Source of the DNA: an uncultured Actinomycetes bacterium
GTDB lineage: Bacteria; Actinomycetota; Thermoleophilia; UBA2241
Length of the DNA: 64,000 nt
Assembly: GCA_963783865.1 (NCBI GenBank)
Contig: CAWAPD010000002.1
Coordinates: forward strand, 198,415 to 262,414
Direction of reading: 5' to 3'
In this document: in pieces, positions 1-8,513 of the stretch
How positions within the stretch are numbered: position 1 is the first letter of the stretch
Layout: every line of letters begins with the position of its first letter
The notes under the pieces: model-generated
Database searches by the model: none
Told to the model about the DNA's origin: nothing
What the model saw: only the letters and a program-made list of their open reading frames with translations
Made by a program: the position numbers and the translations under genes

Positions 1-32
1 GCCTCGACCCTGCCGCTCGGACTGGGTAGCTG

Positions 33-1352
33 ATGCCCGCCGTCTCGAAGACCCACGATCGGCCCCGCGCACATTCCGAGAGGGGGCGCGGCCGGCGCCG
101 CTTTGGCCGGATCGGCCGCACCCGGCTGCTGATCTTCCTCGCCGTCATGGGGCCCGGGCTGATCGCCGCCGCCTCGGACAACGACGCCGGCGGCATCACC
201 ACCTGGTCTGTCATCGGCGCCAAGTACGGCTACAGCCTGTTGTGGCTGCTGCTGCTGATCACACCGATCCTCGCCGTGACCCAGGAGATGGGGGCCCGGA
301 TGGGTGTGGTGACCGGCAAGGGCCTCGCGGCGCTGATCCGCGAGCGGTTCAGCCTCAAGGTCACCGCCTTCGCCATGCTCGCCCTACTGGTCGCCAACCT
401 CGGCACCACCGTGGCGGAGTTCTCGGGCGTGGCGGCCGCGTTCAGCCTCGTGCACGTGCCGGCGTGGCTCTGCGTGCCGCCGATCGCCGCGGGCGTCTGG
501 CTGCTCGTGACCCGCGGGTCGTTCCGGCGCGTGGAGCGTGTGTTCCTCGTGCTCACGGCGATCTACGTCGCGTACGTCATCGCCGGGTTCCTGGCGCACC
601 CTGACTGGACCGCGGCGGGCCACGGCACCGTCGTGCCGTCGGTGCTGACGCGCGGCGACTTCGTCGGCTGGCTGCTCATCGTCATCGCCGCCATCGGCAC
701 CACGATCACGCCGTGGGGCCAGTTCTTCATCCAGGCGTACGTCGTCGACAAGAAGGTCGCCGTGCGCGACTACTGGTCGACCAAGCTCGAGGTGTACGTG
801 GGCGCGGTGTTCACCGACGCCATCGACCTGTTCATCGTCGTCGCCTGCGCGGCCACGCTCTACAAGCACGGCATCGTGGTCGACACCGCCCGGGACGCCG
901 CCCGGGCGCTCGAGCCCCTCGCCGGCCGCGCCGCCTACCTGCTGTTCGGCTTCGGCCTGCTGAACGTGTCGGTCCTGGGGGCGGCGATCCTGCCGCTGAC
1001 CACGGCCTATGCGATCTGCGAGGCGTTCGGGTTCGAGTCTGGGCTCGACCAGAAGTTCGCCGACGCGCCGATCTTCAACGGGCTGCTGACCTTCTTCGTC
1101 TTCGTGCCGGCCGTGGTGGCGGTCATCCCGCGCCTGCCGCTGGTCAAAGTCATCCTGCTCAGCCAGGACGTGAACGGCGTGCTGCTGCCGATCATCCTCA
1201 TCTACGTCCTGAAGGTGATCAACGACCGCTCGGTGATGGGCGACCACGTCAACGGGCGCGCCTACAACGCGGTGGCGTGGACGTTCTCTGCGGTGCTGAT
1301 CGCCCTGACGGCCGTGCTGCTGGGAGCGAGCCTGCTGGGAATCGGGTCGTGA
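33..1352 (+). CDS. mntH: NRAMP-family divalent metal (Mn2+/Fe2+) transporter MntH
   Basis: 439-aa ORF, polytopic membrane protein with typical Nramp N-terminal region (…SDNDAGGITTWSVIGAKYGYSLLW…, …QEMGARMGVVTGKGLA…); exact start (ATG 33 or downstream) uncertain. Confidence 0.85.
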   Translation: MPAVSKTHDRPRAHSERGRGRRRFGRIGRTRLLIFLAVMGPGLIAAASDNDAGGITTWSVIGAKYGYSLLWLLLLITPILAVTQEMGARMGVVTGKGLAALIRERFSLKVTAFAMLALLVANLGTTVAEFSGVAAAFSLVHVPAWLCVPPIAAGVWLLVTRGSFRRVERVFLVLTAIYVAYVIAGFLAHPDWTAAGHGTVVPSVLTRGDFVGWLLIVIAAIGTTITPWGQFFIQAYVVDKKVAVRDYWSTKLEVYVGAVFTDAIDLFIVVACAATLYKHGIVVDTARDAARALEPLAGRAAYLLFGFGLLNVSVLGAAILPLTTAYAICEAFGFESGLDQKFADAPIFNGLLTFFVFVPAVVAVIPRLPLVKVILLSQDVNGVLLPIILIYVLKVINDRSVMGDHVNGRAYNAVAWTFSAVLIALTAVLLGASLLGIGS

Positions 1353-1395
1353 GGGGGGCGGGGGCGGCGCCTGCGGCGCCGCCCCCCGCCCCCCG
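1353..1395. terminator. GC-rich stem-loop (about 19-bp stem with 1-nt bulge, TGC loop) between convergent mntH and CDF genes; probable bidirectional intrinsic terminator
   Basis: GGGGGGCGGGGGCGGCGCC-tgc-GGCGCCGCCCCCCGCCCCC read directly; sits exactly between the two stop codons. Confidence 0.6.
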
Positions 1396-1414
1396 CCGCC
1401 CTCCGCGTTGCCGC

Positions 1415-2308
1415 CTACGGCCCGTCTTCGGGGACGTCTCCCTCGGGCTCGACGTGCACCATGACCTCGGTCCGGGGCAGCTTCGCGGCGATATCGGCCT
1501 CGAGGTGCTCGGCCACGTCGTGGGCGTCGCCGATGAGCATGTCGGCCGGCACGGTCACGTGCAGGTCGATGTGCCGCACGCTGCCGGCGCGCCGGGTGCG
1601 GAGCTTGTGGTAGCCGAGGATCAGGTTCCCGCGGTGCTCCTCGACCGTCGTCCGGATCGTCTCGAGCTCGTCGGGCGGCAGCGCCTCATCGAGCAGCACC
1701 CTGGTGGACTGGCTCACGAGCTGCCACGCCGTCCACATGATGAGCGCCGCCACGCCGATCGCCAGGATGGAATCGAAGTATGTCTTGCCGGTCAGGTACG
1801 CCAGCAGCAGGCCCGCCGCGATGCCGAGCGAGGTGTAGACGTCGGTCAGATGGTGGGCGGCGTCGGCTCGCAGCGCCGCCGAATCGGTCCGCCGCGACAC
1901 GGGATACAGATAGAGCGCCAGGCCGAGGTTGACCGCCGCCGACACGACCATCACGCCGATCGCGAGGGCGAAGTGGTCCAATTGCTCGCCGCGGATGAGG
2001 TGCTGGACCGCCTCGATCACGATCAGGACCGCGGCGCCCCAGATCAGCAGCCCTTCGATCACGCTCGAGAGGTCCTCGATCTTGCCGTGCCCGTAGCGGT
2101 GCCGCGGGTCGGCCGGTCGTTCCGCCTGCCGCACCGAGACCAGCGCGATGACGGCCGCGACCAAGTCGGTGGCCGAATGCAGCGCCTCCGAGATGATGCC
2201 AATCGACCCCGAGACGATGCCGACGACGAGCTTGAAGACGATCAGGATCACGTTGGCGACGACCGAGTACCACGCCGCCCGCGACTTGGTCGTGTCGGCC
2301 GGGGTCAT
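1415..2308 (-). CDS. Cation diffusion facilitator (CDF) family metal efflux transporter, copy 1
   Basis: 297 aa; 6 TM N-terminal domain plus C-terminal cytoplasmic domain; CDF signature HSATDLVAAV… / HHLTDVYTSLG; paralogous to the adjacent ORF. Confidence 0.85.
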   Translation of the reverse strand: MTPADTTKSRAAWYSVVANVILIVFKLVVGIVSGSIGIISEALHSATDLVAAVIALVSVRQAERPADPRHRYGHGKIEDLSSVIEGLLIWGAAVLIVIEAVQHLIRGEQLDHFALAIGVMVVSAAVNLGLALYLYPVSRRTDSAALRADAAHHLTDVYTSLGIAAGLLLAYLTGKTYFDSILAIGVAALIMWTAWQLVSQSTRVLLDEALPPDELETIRTTVEEHRGNLILGYHKLRTRRAGSVRHIDLHVTVPADMLIGDAHDVAEHLEADIAAKLPRTEVMVHVEPEGDVPEDGP

Positions 2309-2322
2309 ACCGGGCTCCCCAT

Positions 2323-3249
2323 CTAGCTGTCGTCCTCGCGGTCGTGGCCGCTGGGCTCGATGTGCACCAGCACCTCCGCGCTCGGCAGCAGGCCGGCGAT
2401 GTCGTCCTCGATGTGCTGGGCGGCGGCGTGAGCCTCTCCGACCGTCATCTCGTCGGGGACCGTGATGTGCAGGTCGATGTGACGCTTGCTACCGGCTTGG
2501 CGCGTGCGAAGCTTGTGGTAGCCGATGATCAGCTCGCCGCGGTGCTCCGCGACCTTCTCGCGCACGACCTCGAGCTCGTCGTCGGGCAGAGCCTCATCGA
2601 GCAGCACGCGGGTCGAATGGCTCACCAACCGCCACGCCGTCCACATGATCAGGACGGCGACGCACATCGCGATCAGGGGGTCGAAGAACTCGTAGCCGGT
2701 GAGCTGCACGAGGATCAGCCCGCCGGCCACTCCCGCCGAGGTGTACACGTCGGTCAGCAGGTGGGCCGCGTCGGCCTCGAGCGCGGCCGAATCGGTGCGG
2801 CGGGCGACCGGATACAGGTACAGGCGTGATACGGCCAGGTTGACGCCGGCCGACACCAGCATCACGGCGATGCCCAGCTCCACGTGCTCGAGGTGGACGC
2901 CGTTGACCAGCTTGGTGAACGCCTCGAAGATGATGACCACGGCCGCCGCGAAGATCAGCAGACCCTCGATCACCCCTGAGACGTTCTCGACCTTCTCGTG
3001 ACCGTACCCGTGCGATTCGTCGGCCGGCCGCGAGGCGCCACGCACCGAGAAGAGAGCAATGATCGACGCGACCAGGTCGGAGCCGGAGTGTAGGGCCTCG
3101 GAGATGATACTGATCGACCCTGACAGGAGGCCGACGGCGAGCTTGAAGACGATCAGCGTCGTGTTGGAGCCGATCGACACCCAGGCGGCGCGCGCCTTGA
3201 GCGCGTGGTTGTGGACGTCGAGGCCCCGGCGGCCGACGGCGGCGCTCAT
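2323..3249 (-). CDS. Cation diffusion facilitator (CDF) family metal efflux transporter, copy 2
   Basis: Real start is the internal ATG (MSAAVGRR…) of the 508-aa six-frame ORF; upstream part of that ORF is out-of-frame overlap with rdgB. ATG overlaps rdgB stop (ATGA). Same motifs as copy 1 (HSGSDLVASI…, HLLTDVYTSAG). Confidence 0.85.
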   Translation of the reverse strand: MSAAVGRRGLDVHNHALKARAAWVSIGSNTTLIVFKLAVGLLSGSISIISEALHSGSDLVASIIALFSVRGASRPADESHGYGHEKVENVSGVIEGLLIFAAAVVIIFEAFTKLVNGVHLEHVELGIAVMLVSAGVNLAVSRLYLYPVARRTDSAALEADAAHLLTDVYTSAGVAGGLILVQLTGYEFFDPLIAMCVAVLIMWTAWRLVSHSTRVLLDEALPDDELEVVREKVAEHRGELIIGYHKLRTRQAGSKRHIDLHITVPDEMTVGEAHAAAQHIEDDIAGLLPSAEVLVHIEPSGHDREDDS

Positions 3250-3839
3250 GCTGCGCCGCCGGCCGCCAGGCGCGCGAGCAGCGCCTGCGCTGCTCGCGCG
3301 CGATGGCTCTCGCGGTCCTTCTCGGCCTCGGTCAGCTCGGCCACCGTGCGTTCCGATCCGTCGGGCAGGACGACCGGGTCGTAGCCGAAGCCGCCGTCGC
3401 CGCGGGGCGCGGCGACGATCGTGCCCGGCCACTCGCCGCGCACTTCGATGGCGCCGCCGTCGCGGTCGACACACGCCAGCGAGCACACGAACCGCGCCCG
3501 CCGCTGCTCTGGATCGGGGTACGGCGCGAGCTCGCGCAGCAGCCTCTCGTAGTTGGCGCGGTCGTCGGCGGCGGGCCCGGCGTACCGGGACGACGTCACG
3601 CCGGGCCCGCCGCCGAGGGCCTCGACCTCGAGCCCCGAGTCGTCGGCGATGGCCAGCTCGCCGGCCCGCAGGGCCGGCGCGACGGCCATCGCCTTGGCCC
3701 GGGCGTTGTCGGCGAACGAGGTGACGCCCTCCTCGGGCAGCTCGATGCCGGCCGGCAGGGGCACGACCTCGTGCGGCGCCAGGATGCGCCGGAACTCGGC
3801 CAGCTTGTGCGCGTTCTCGGTCGCGAGCACGAAGCGCAC
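3246..3839 (-). CDS. rdgB: Non-canonical purine NTP pyrophosphatase RdgB/HAM1 (dITP/XTP pyrophosphatase)
   Basis: 197 aa; MRFVLATENAHKLAEF… N-terminus, …GFGYDPV… motif; conserved position downstream of rph. Confidence 0.9.
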   Translation of the reverse strand: MRFVLATENAHKLAEFRRILAPHEVVPLPAGIELPEEGVTSFADNARAKAMAVAPALRAGELAIADDSGLEVEALGGGPGVTSSRYAGPAADDRANYERLLRELAPYPDPEQRRARFVCSLACVDRDGGAIEVRGEWPGTIVAAPRGDGGFGYDPVVLPDGSERTVAELTEAEKDRESHRARAAQALLARLAAGGAA

Positions 3840-3856
3840 GCGGCCTCACCCCCTGG

Positions 3857-4573
3857 TCAGGCGCCGGCGATGACCGCCTGCTGCGCCTCGACGATGCGCG
3901 TCACGCCGGCGGCGGCCAGGTCGAGCAGCCGGTCCAGCGTCTCGCGCGCGAACGGCTCGCCCTCGGCCGTCGCCTGGACCTCGATCAGGCGGCCGGCGCC
4001 GGTCATCACCACGTTCATGTCGAGCTCGGCGGCCGCGTCCTCGGCGTAGTCGAGGTCGAGCAGCGGCTGGCCGTCGACGACGCCGACCGAGACGGCGGCG
4101 ACGTCCTCGAACAGGGGCAGCCGCTCCCAGCGCTCGAGCTCCGACCGCTTCTGCAGAGCGAGCACGAGCGCAGCGTAGGCGCCCGAGATGGAGGCCGTGC
4201 GCGTGCCGCCGTCGGCCTGCACGACGTCGCAGTCGATGTGCACCGTGCGCTCGCCGAGCGAGCCCAGGTCGGTGACGGCCCGCAGGCTGCGCCCGATGAG
4301 ACGCTGGATCTCCTGGGTGCGTCCGGTCTGGCGACCGCGCGCCGCCTCGCGAGCGCCGCGCTCGGACGTCGCCGCCGGCAGCATGCTGTATTCGGCCGTC
4401 AGCCAGCCTTGCCCTGTGCCCCGGCGCCAGCCCGGCACGCCGTCCTCGAGGGTGACCGCGCACAGGACGTGCGTGTCGCCGAGCTTCACGAGGACCGAGC
4501 CGTCGGCGAACTTCATGACCCCTGGCTCCATGCCGAGGAGCCGCAGTTCCCCCGCCTGGCGATCGGTTCTCAT
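3857..4573 (-). CDS. rph: Ribonuclease PH
   Basis: 238 aa; …GDTHVLCAV…[16 protein letters not shown]… matches RNase PH family; rph-rdgB pairing is classical. Confidence 0.9.
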   Translation of the reverse strand: MRTDRQAGELRLLGMEPGVMKFADGSVLVKLGDTHVLCAVTLEDGVPGWRRGTGQGWLTAEYSMLPAATSERGAREAARGRQTGRTQEIQRLIGRSLRAVTDLGSLGERTVHIDCDVVQADGGTRTASISGAYAALVLALQKRSELERWERLPLFEDVAAVSVGVVDGQPLLDLDYAEDAAAELDMNVVMTGAGRLIEVQATAEGEPFARETLDRLLDLAAAGVTRIVEAQQAVIAGA

Positions 4574-5082
4574 CCGCGGACCTCCCGCTCGTCGCGCTCG
4601 TCACGCCGTCCTGCGCCTGCGTCCGTCCCGAAACGCTGCCGTCTGACCAGCAGCAGCACGGCGAGACCGCCGGTGGCCATCACCGCCGCCTCGCCCAGGG
4701 ACACCCAGAGCACGCCCGCGAGGTACGGCACGTCGAGCAGTAACCGCAGCTCGACGGGCACTCCCAAGCCGTTCACGGCGACGGGCACGGCCAAGGCTAC
4801 CATGCGCGGCCCTATCCACCACATGAGCGTGGCGGTGACCAGCGTCAGGAGGGCGCCGTAGACGACGTCGACGGCGCCCATCGGACTCGCCACGTTGCCG
4901 ATCGCCGTACCCAGCGTCAGCCCCGGCACGGCCGCCGGGTCCACGCAGGCAAGTGGCAACAGCGCCTCGGAGACACGGAACTGCACCTGCCCGTAGGCGA
5001 GCGCGTTCAGGCCAGGCGCGAGGGTCAGAGCGACGTACGCCGCGGCGTAGAGGCCGCCGCGCGCCACCAGGCGCGCGTTCAT
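4570..5082 (-). CDS. Small polytopic membrane protein, QueT-like (queuosine-precursor transporter family) candidate
   Basis: 170-aa C-terminal part of the 426-aa six-frame ORF starting at internal ATG ([10 protein letters not shown]…); 5 predicted TM segments; start overlaps murI stop (ATGA) and its stop overlaps rph start (ATGA). Family assignment from general resemblance only. Confidence 0.5.
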   Translation of the reverse strand: MNARLVARGGLYAAAYVALTLAPGLNALAYGQVQFRVSEALLPLACVDPAAVPGLTLGTAIGNVASPMGAVDVVYGALLTLVTATLMWWIGPRMVALAVPVAVNGLGVPVELRLLLDVPYLAGVLWVSLGEAAVMATGGLAVLLLVRRQRFGTDAGAGRRDERDEREVRG

Positions 5083-5981
5083 GGCCGGGCGGCTGCCGTG
5101 ACGGCGGTGAGACGGTCGAGCGGCACCCGCTCGACCGTCTCGAGTGGCATCTGCAGGAACCGCGCCCCCACGGCGCGGAAGGCCTCGGCGTCGCCGGTGC
5201 AGAGGAACCGGTACGAGCCCTCGCGTTCGGGGTCGTTGGCGATCGCCTGACGGTCCAGCACCTCGTCGACCTCGCGGGCGATCTCGGCCGCGGGGTTGAC
5301 CAGGGTCACGTCGCGGCCCAGCTGGCGCTGCAGCATGGGCGCGATCAGCGGGTAGTGCGTGCAGCCCATGATGACCACGTCGGGGCGCCGCTCCTTGAGC
5401 GGCGTCGTGAACCGCTTGACGGCGTCGACGACCTCCCGGCTGGCGACGTCGCCTTCCTGGATGAAGGTCGCCAGCCCCGGGCACGCCTGCTGCACGACCT
5501 CGGCGCCGCCATCGAGGCTGCCGATGGCGCGCACGTAGCTGCCGCTGTCGACGGTCGCCTCGGTGGCCATCACGCCGATGCGCCGGTAGCGCGAGGTGTG
5601 CACCGCGGCGCGGGCTCCCGGCATGACCACGCCGACGATCGGTGTGGAGAACTGCTCCTGCAGCGTGGGCAGCGCGGCGGCCGTGGCCGAGTAGCAGGCG
5701 ACGACCAGGAGCTTGACCCCCACGGCGTCGAGGTAGCCGGCGATCTGCTCCGCGTAGCTCTTGAGCTCGTCCTGCGTCCTGGGACCGTACGGGAAGCGGG
5801 CCGTGTCGCCGAAGTACACGAAGTCCTCGGACGGCATCGCCACCAGGCATTCGTGCAGCACGGTGAGGCCGCCGATGCCCGAGTCGAACATGCCGATGGG
5901 CAGGCGGCGCAGCTCGTCGATCGGTCTGGGATCGGGGCTCACGAGCCTCCAGAAGGTGGCTTGCGCGTGAGTATACCGCAT
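5079..5981 (-). CDS. murI: Glutamate racemase
   Basis: 300 aa; …GMFDSGIGGLTVL…, …VVACYSAT…, …MGCTHYPL… hallmark MurI motifs. Confidence 0.85.
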   Translation of the reverse strand: MRYTHAQATFWRLVSPDPRPIDELRRLPIGMFDSGIGGLTVLHECLVAMPSEDFVYFGDTARFPYGPRTQDELKSYAEQIAGYLDAVGVKLLVVACYSATAAALPTLQEQFSTPIVGVVMPGARAAVHTSRYRRIGVMATEATVDSGSYVRAIGSLDGGAEVVQQACPGLATFIQEGDVASREVVDAVKRFTTPLKERRPDVVIMGCTHYPLIAPMLQRQLGRDVTLVNPAAEIAREVDEVLDRQAIANDPEREGSYRFLCTGDAEAFRAVGARFLQMPLETVERVPLDRLTAVTAAARP

Positions 5982-6103
5982 GCCTCTAGACCATCCGCGG
6001 AGACGGCCCTTCAGGCTCTCAAGTGGGGCATGGCCGCGACCGATACGGCTAGTGGCGGGGACGCGAAGGGACAGCGGCCCCGCCGGGGAGAGAGGAAGGC
6101 GGC

Positions 6104-6502
6104 ATGGACGAGTTCGACGTCGAACGGTTCATCTTCCCCGACGGCAGCGAGCGCGACATGATCGTGTTCGAGCAGGGGAGCACCCGCACGCGGCCGATGC
6201 CCGTGGACGGCGAGCAGGTGAACGTCTGCCCGATCTGCGGCTCCCAGCTCGTCCATCCCACCGACTGGCAGCGCGAGGGCGCGGCGCTGTGGCGCATCGT
6301 TCTGCGCTGCCCCAACTGCGAGATCGAGCGCACCGCGCACCTCAACCGTGAACAGGTCGAGCGCTACAACCGAATCCTCTACGAGGGGACGGAGCGGCTC
6401 GCCAAGCAGGCCGACCAGCTCACGCGGCACAACTTCCAGGAGGAGATCGACAAGTTCGTGGCCGCGCTGCGCGCCGACCTCATCCTGCCGATGGACTTCT
6501 AG
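6104..6502 (+). CDS. Hypothetical zinc-ribbon protein (CPICG…CPNCE)
   Basis: 132 aa, normal amino-acid composition, two CxxC pairs; 3' end overlaps convergent EamA gene by ~23 nt. Confidence 0.55.
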   Translation: MDEFDVERFIFPDGSERDMIVFEQGSTRTRPMPVDGEQVNVCPICGSQLVHPTDWQREGAALWRIVLRCPNCEIERTAHLNREQVERYNRILYEGTERLAKQADQLTRHNFQEEIDKFVAALRADLILPMDF

Positions 6503-7391
6503 ACGCCGCGGCCCCGCGGTTCGTCAGCCACACCCCCGCTACGACCACCGCGCCGGCGACCAGCTGCGGCGCCGTCAGCCGTTCCCCCAGCACGACGTAG
6601 GCGGCAGCCACGGCGACCACGGGGACCAGGTTGGCGAAGACCGTGGCGCGGCTGGCCTCCACAAACCGCAGGCCGTAGTTCAACAGCAGGTAGGCGACCA
6701 CCGAGCAGAACACCGTGAGGTAGGCGAGACCGGCCCAGGCGGCGGCGGTGGGCGTCCTGACGCCCACCGCCGCCGCCTCGACCGCCGCCAGCGGCAGCAT
6801 GAACAGCGCCCCGAAGAGGTTCTGCCAGGTCGTCACCAGCAGCGCCGGCCGCGACACCAGCAGGCGTCGCGCCATCAGGCTGTACACCGCCGCCGACAGC
6901 GACGCTCCCAGCACGAGCAGGTTCCCGCCCAGCGTCGCGCCCCCGCCCCCGCTCCTCCCCAGCTCGATCAGCGCCACCACGCCGACGAACGAGACGCCGA
7001 TGCCCACCCACTGCGCGGCGGAGTTCCGCTCCTTGAGGGTGAACACGTTGAGCACGGCGACGAAGATCGGGATGGCGGCGATCAGGATGGCGGCGTCGCT
7101 GGCGCTCGTGCGGGCGATGCCGAGGTTCTCGAAGGTGAAGTAGACGGTGAGCGAGACGAACCCGAGTGCGGCGAGCCTGGCGAGCTCGCCGCGCGGCAGG
7201 CGCTCGGGGCCCGCCGTCATGCGGCGGATCGTCCAGAGGATGGCGCCGGCAACGGTGAAGCGCAAGAACGCGATGAGGAGCGGCTCGAACCCGTGCAGGG
7301 CTTCTTTGGTGGCCACGAACGAGAAGCCGAACGCCAAGTTCATCGCCACCAGGGCGACGTAGGCGCTGCGCGGCGGTCGCGAGGTCGTCAA
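6480..7391 (-). CDS. EamA/DMT-superfamily transporter
   Basis: 10-TM protein with two EamA-like halves; the N-terminus of the 346-aa six-frame ORF is the reverse complement of a tRNA, so the start must be downstream of it (TTG 7391, GTG 7349 or ATG 7343). Confidence 0.75.
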   Translation of the reverse strand: MTTSRPPRSAYVALVAMNLAFGFSFVATKEALHGFEPLLIAFLRFTVAGAILWTIRRMTAGPERLPRGELARLAALGFVSLTVYFTFENLGIARTSASDAAILIAAIPIFVAVLNVFTLKERNSAAQWVGIGVSFVGVVALIELGRSGGGGATLGGNLLVLGASLSAAVYSLMARRLLVSRPALLVTTWQNLFGALFMLPLAAVEAAAVGVRTPTAAAWAGLAYLTVFCSVVAYLLLNYGLRFVEASRATVFANLVPVVAVAAAYVVLGERLTAPQLVAGAVVVAGVWLTNRGAAASRSPSAG

Positions 7392-7422
7392 GTGCGGTCC
7401 GGCGGTCGGGTGGCCCGGATGG

Positions 7423-7499
7423 TGGTGCCCCCGGAAGGATTCGAACCTTCGACCTCGCGCTCCGGAGGCGCGCGCTCTAATCCCCTGAGCTACGAGGGC
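7423..7499 (-). tRNA. tRNA-Arg (anticodon CCG)
   Basis: Hand-folded cloverleaf: acceptor GCCCTCG/CGGGGGC, D-arm GCTC-AGGGGATTA-GAGC, anticodon stem CGCGC/GCGCG with loop CTCCGGA (anticodon CCG), T-arm GAAGG-TTCGAAT-CCTTC, encoded CCA. Confidence 0.9.
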
Positions 7500-7563
7500 A
7501 ACGACGTCGAAGTGTAGCACACGACGTCCGGGACCCCTGCGACCCGGGTCGAGTCATCGGGGA

Positions 7564-7601
7564 CCTGAACAATTGCACATCTTCTTGTTCAATTGTTCAG
7601 G
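7564..7601. terminator. AT-rich perfect inverted repeat (12-bp arms CCTGAACAATTG … CAATTGTTCAGG, 14-nt spacer) between pterin dehydratase gene and tRNA-Arg
   Basis: Read directly; strikingly AT-rich in a GC-rich genome; each arm contains a CAATTG palindrome; candidate terminator or protein-binding site. Confidence 0.5.
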
Positions 7602-7667
7602 CCGGACGCGACGGGACCCGCCGGGGGCGCGACCATGTGGCGGCGGGGCCGCGCGGGGACCGCGCGG

Positions 7668-7961
7668 CTAGGCCGCCGCCGCGACGTCGTCGATGACCGA
7701 GGCCAGATCGATGTCGGCCGTGGTCAGGCCACCGGCCGAGTGCGTGGTCAGGCTGATCGTGACCTTGTTGTAGCGGATGTCGATGTCGGGGTGATGGTCG
7801 GCCGCCTCGGCCATGCGCGCCACGGAGTTGACGAACTCCATCGCCCAGCCGAAGCCCTTGAAGCCGAACGTCTTGCGGATGACGTCGCCGTCCGTGTCCC
7901 AGCCCTGGAGCCGGGCGAGCGCCTCGGAGCGTTGGTCGTCGGTAAGCTTGTCCATGCCCAC
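7668..7961 (-). CDS. Pterin-4a-carbinolamine dehydratase (PCD/DCoH)
   Basis: 97 aa; …EADHHPDIDIRYNKVTISLTTHSAGGLT… matches PCD family. Confidence 0.85.
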   Translation of the reverse strand: MGMDKLTDDQRSEALARLQGWDTDGDVIRKTFGFKGFGWAMEFVNSVARMAEAADHHPDIDIRYNKVTISLTTHSAGGLTTADIDLASVIDDVAAAA

Positions 7962-8030
7962 TCCCTTCGTCGCGAAGGAGTGATTGCCGCGGAGCGGCGG
8001 TCCTAGTCCCGTCGTCGAGCGGCGTCTGAC

Positions 8031-8504
8031 CTAGTCCTGCTCGTTGCGACGTTTGAGGGCGCGCTCGATGTCACGGTCGGCGTCGCGACGGGCGAGGTCG
8101 GCACGCTTGTCGTACTGGCGCTTGCCGCGGGCCAGGCCAAGCTCGACTTTGGCCTTGTCGCCGCTGAAGTACATGCGCGTGGGCACGAGCGTGTAGCCCT
8201 TCTCCTTGATCCTCGACTCGAGGCGGGCGATCTCCTTGCGGTGGAGCAGCAGCTTGCGGGGACGCAGGGGCTCGTGGTTGGCCAGGTTGCCCTGCTCGTA
8301 GGGGCTGATGTGCGCGCCGACGAGGTACACCTCGCCGGCGCGCACCTCGGCGTAGCTGTCGCGCAGGTTGGCGCGCCCGGCGCGCAGCGACTTCACCTCG
8401 GTGCCGACCAGGGCGATGCCGGCCTCCACGGTCTCGTCGATGTGGAAGTCGTGGTACGCCTTGCGGTTGGCGGCGATCAGCTTGCGGTCGTCGGTTCGTG
8501 CCAT
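8031..8504 (-). CDS. smpB: SsrA-binding protein SmpB
   Basis: 157 aa; …ANRKAYHDFHI…VGTEVKSLR…LLLHRKEI… canonical SmpB. Confidence 0.9.
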   Translation of the reverse strand: MARTDDRKLIAANRKAYHDFHIDETVEAGIALVGTEVKSLRAGRANLRDSYAEVRAGEVYLVGAHISPYEQGNLANHEPLRPRKLLLHRKEIARLESRIKEKGYTLVPTRMYFSGDKAKVELGLARGKRQYDKRADLARRDADRDIERALKRRNEQD

Positions 8505-8513
8505 GGCACCATG

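Noticed and set aside
384-1247. 287-aa minus-strand ORF antisense to mntH (and the 713..2326 + ORF)
   Set aside because: R/D/G/A/P-dominated composition with no domains. They lie fully inside well-supported genes and are typical high-GC antisense open frames.
2323-3849. 508-aa single ORF spanning the CDF copy 2 and rdgB region
   Set aside because: Only the C-terminal 309 aa (from MSAAVGRR…) is a CDF protein. The upstream part is out-of-frame overlap of the genuine rdgB gene.
4570-5850. 426-aa ORF covering the QueT-like and murI regions
   Set aside because: The N-terminal 256 aa are R/G-rich nonsense antisense or out of frame with murI. The real gene is the C-terminal 170 aa.
7962-8030. Looked for tmRNA (ssrA) next to smpB, as in many actinobacteria
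   Set aside because: No tRNA-like or tmRNA-like structure could be folded in the short flanks. Only tRNA-Arg at 7423-7499 was found.
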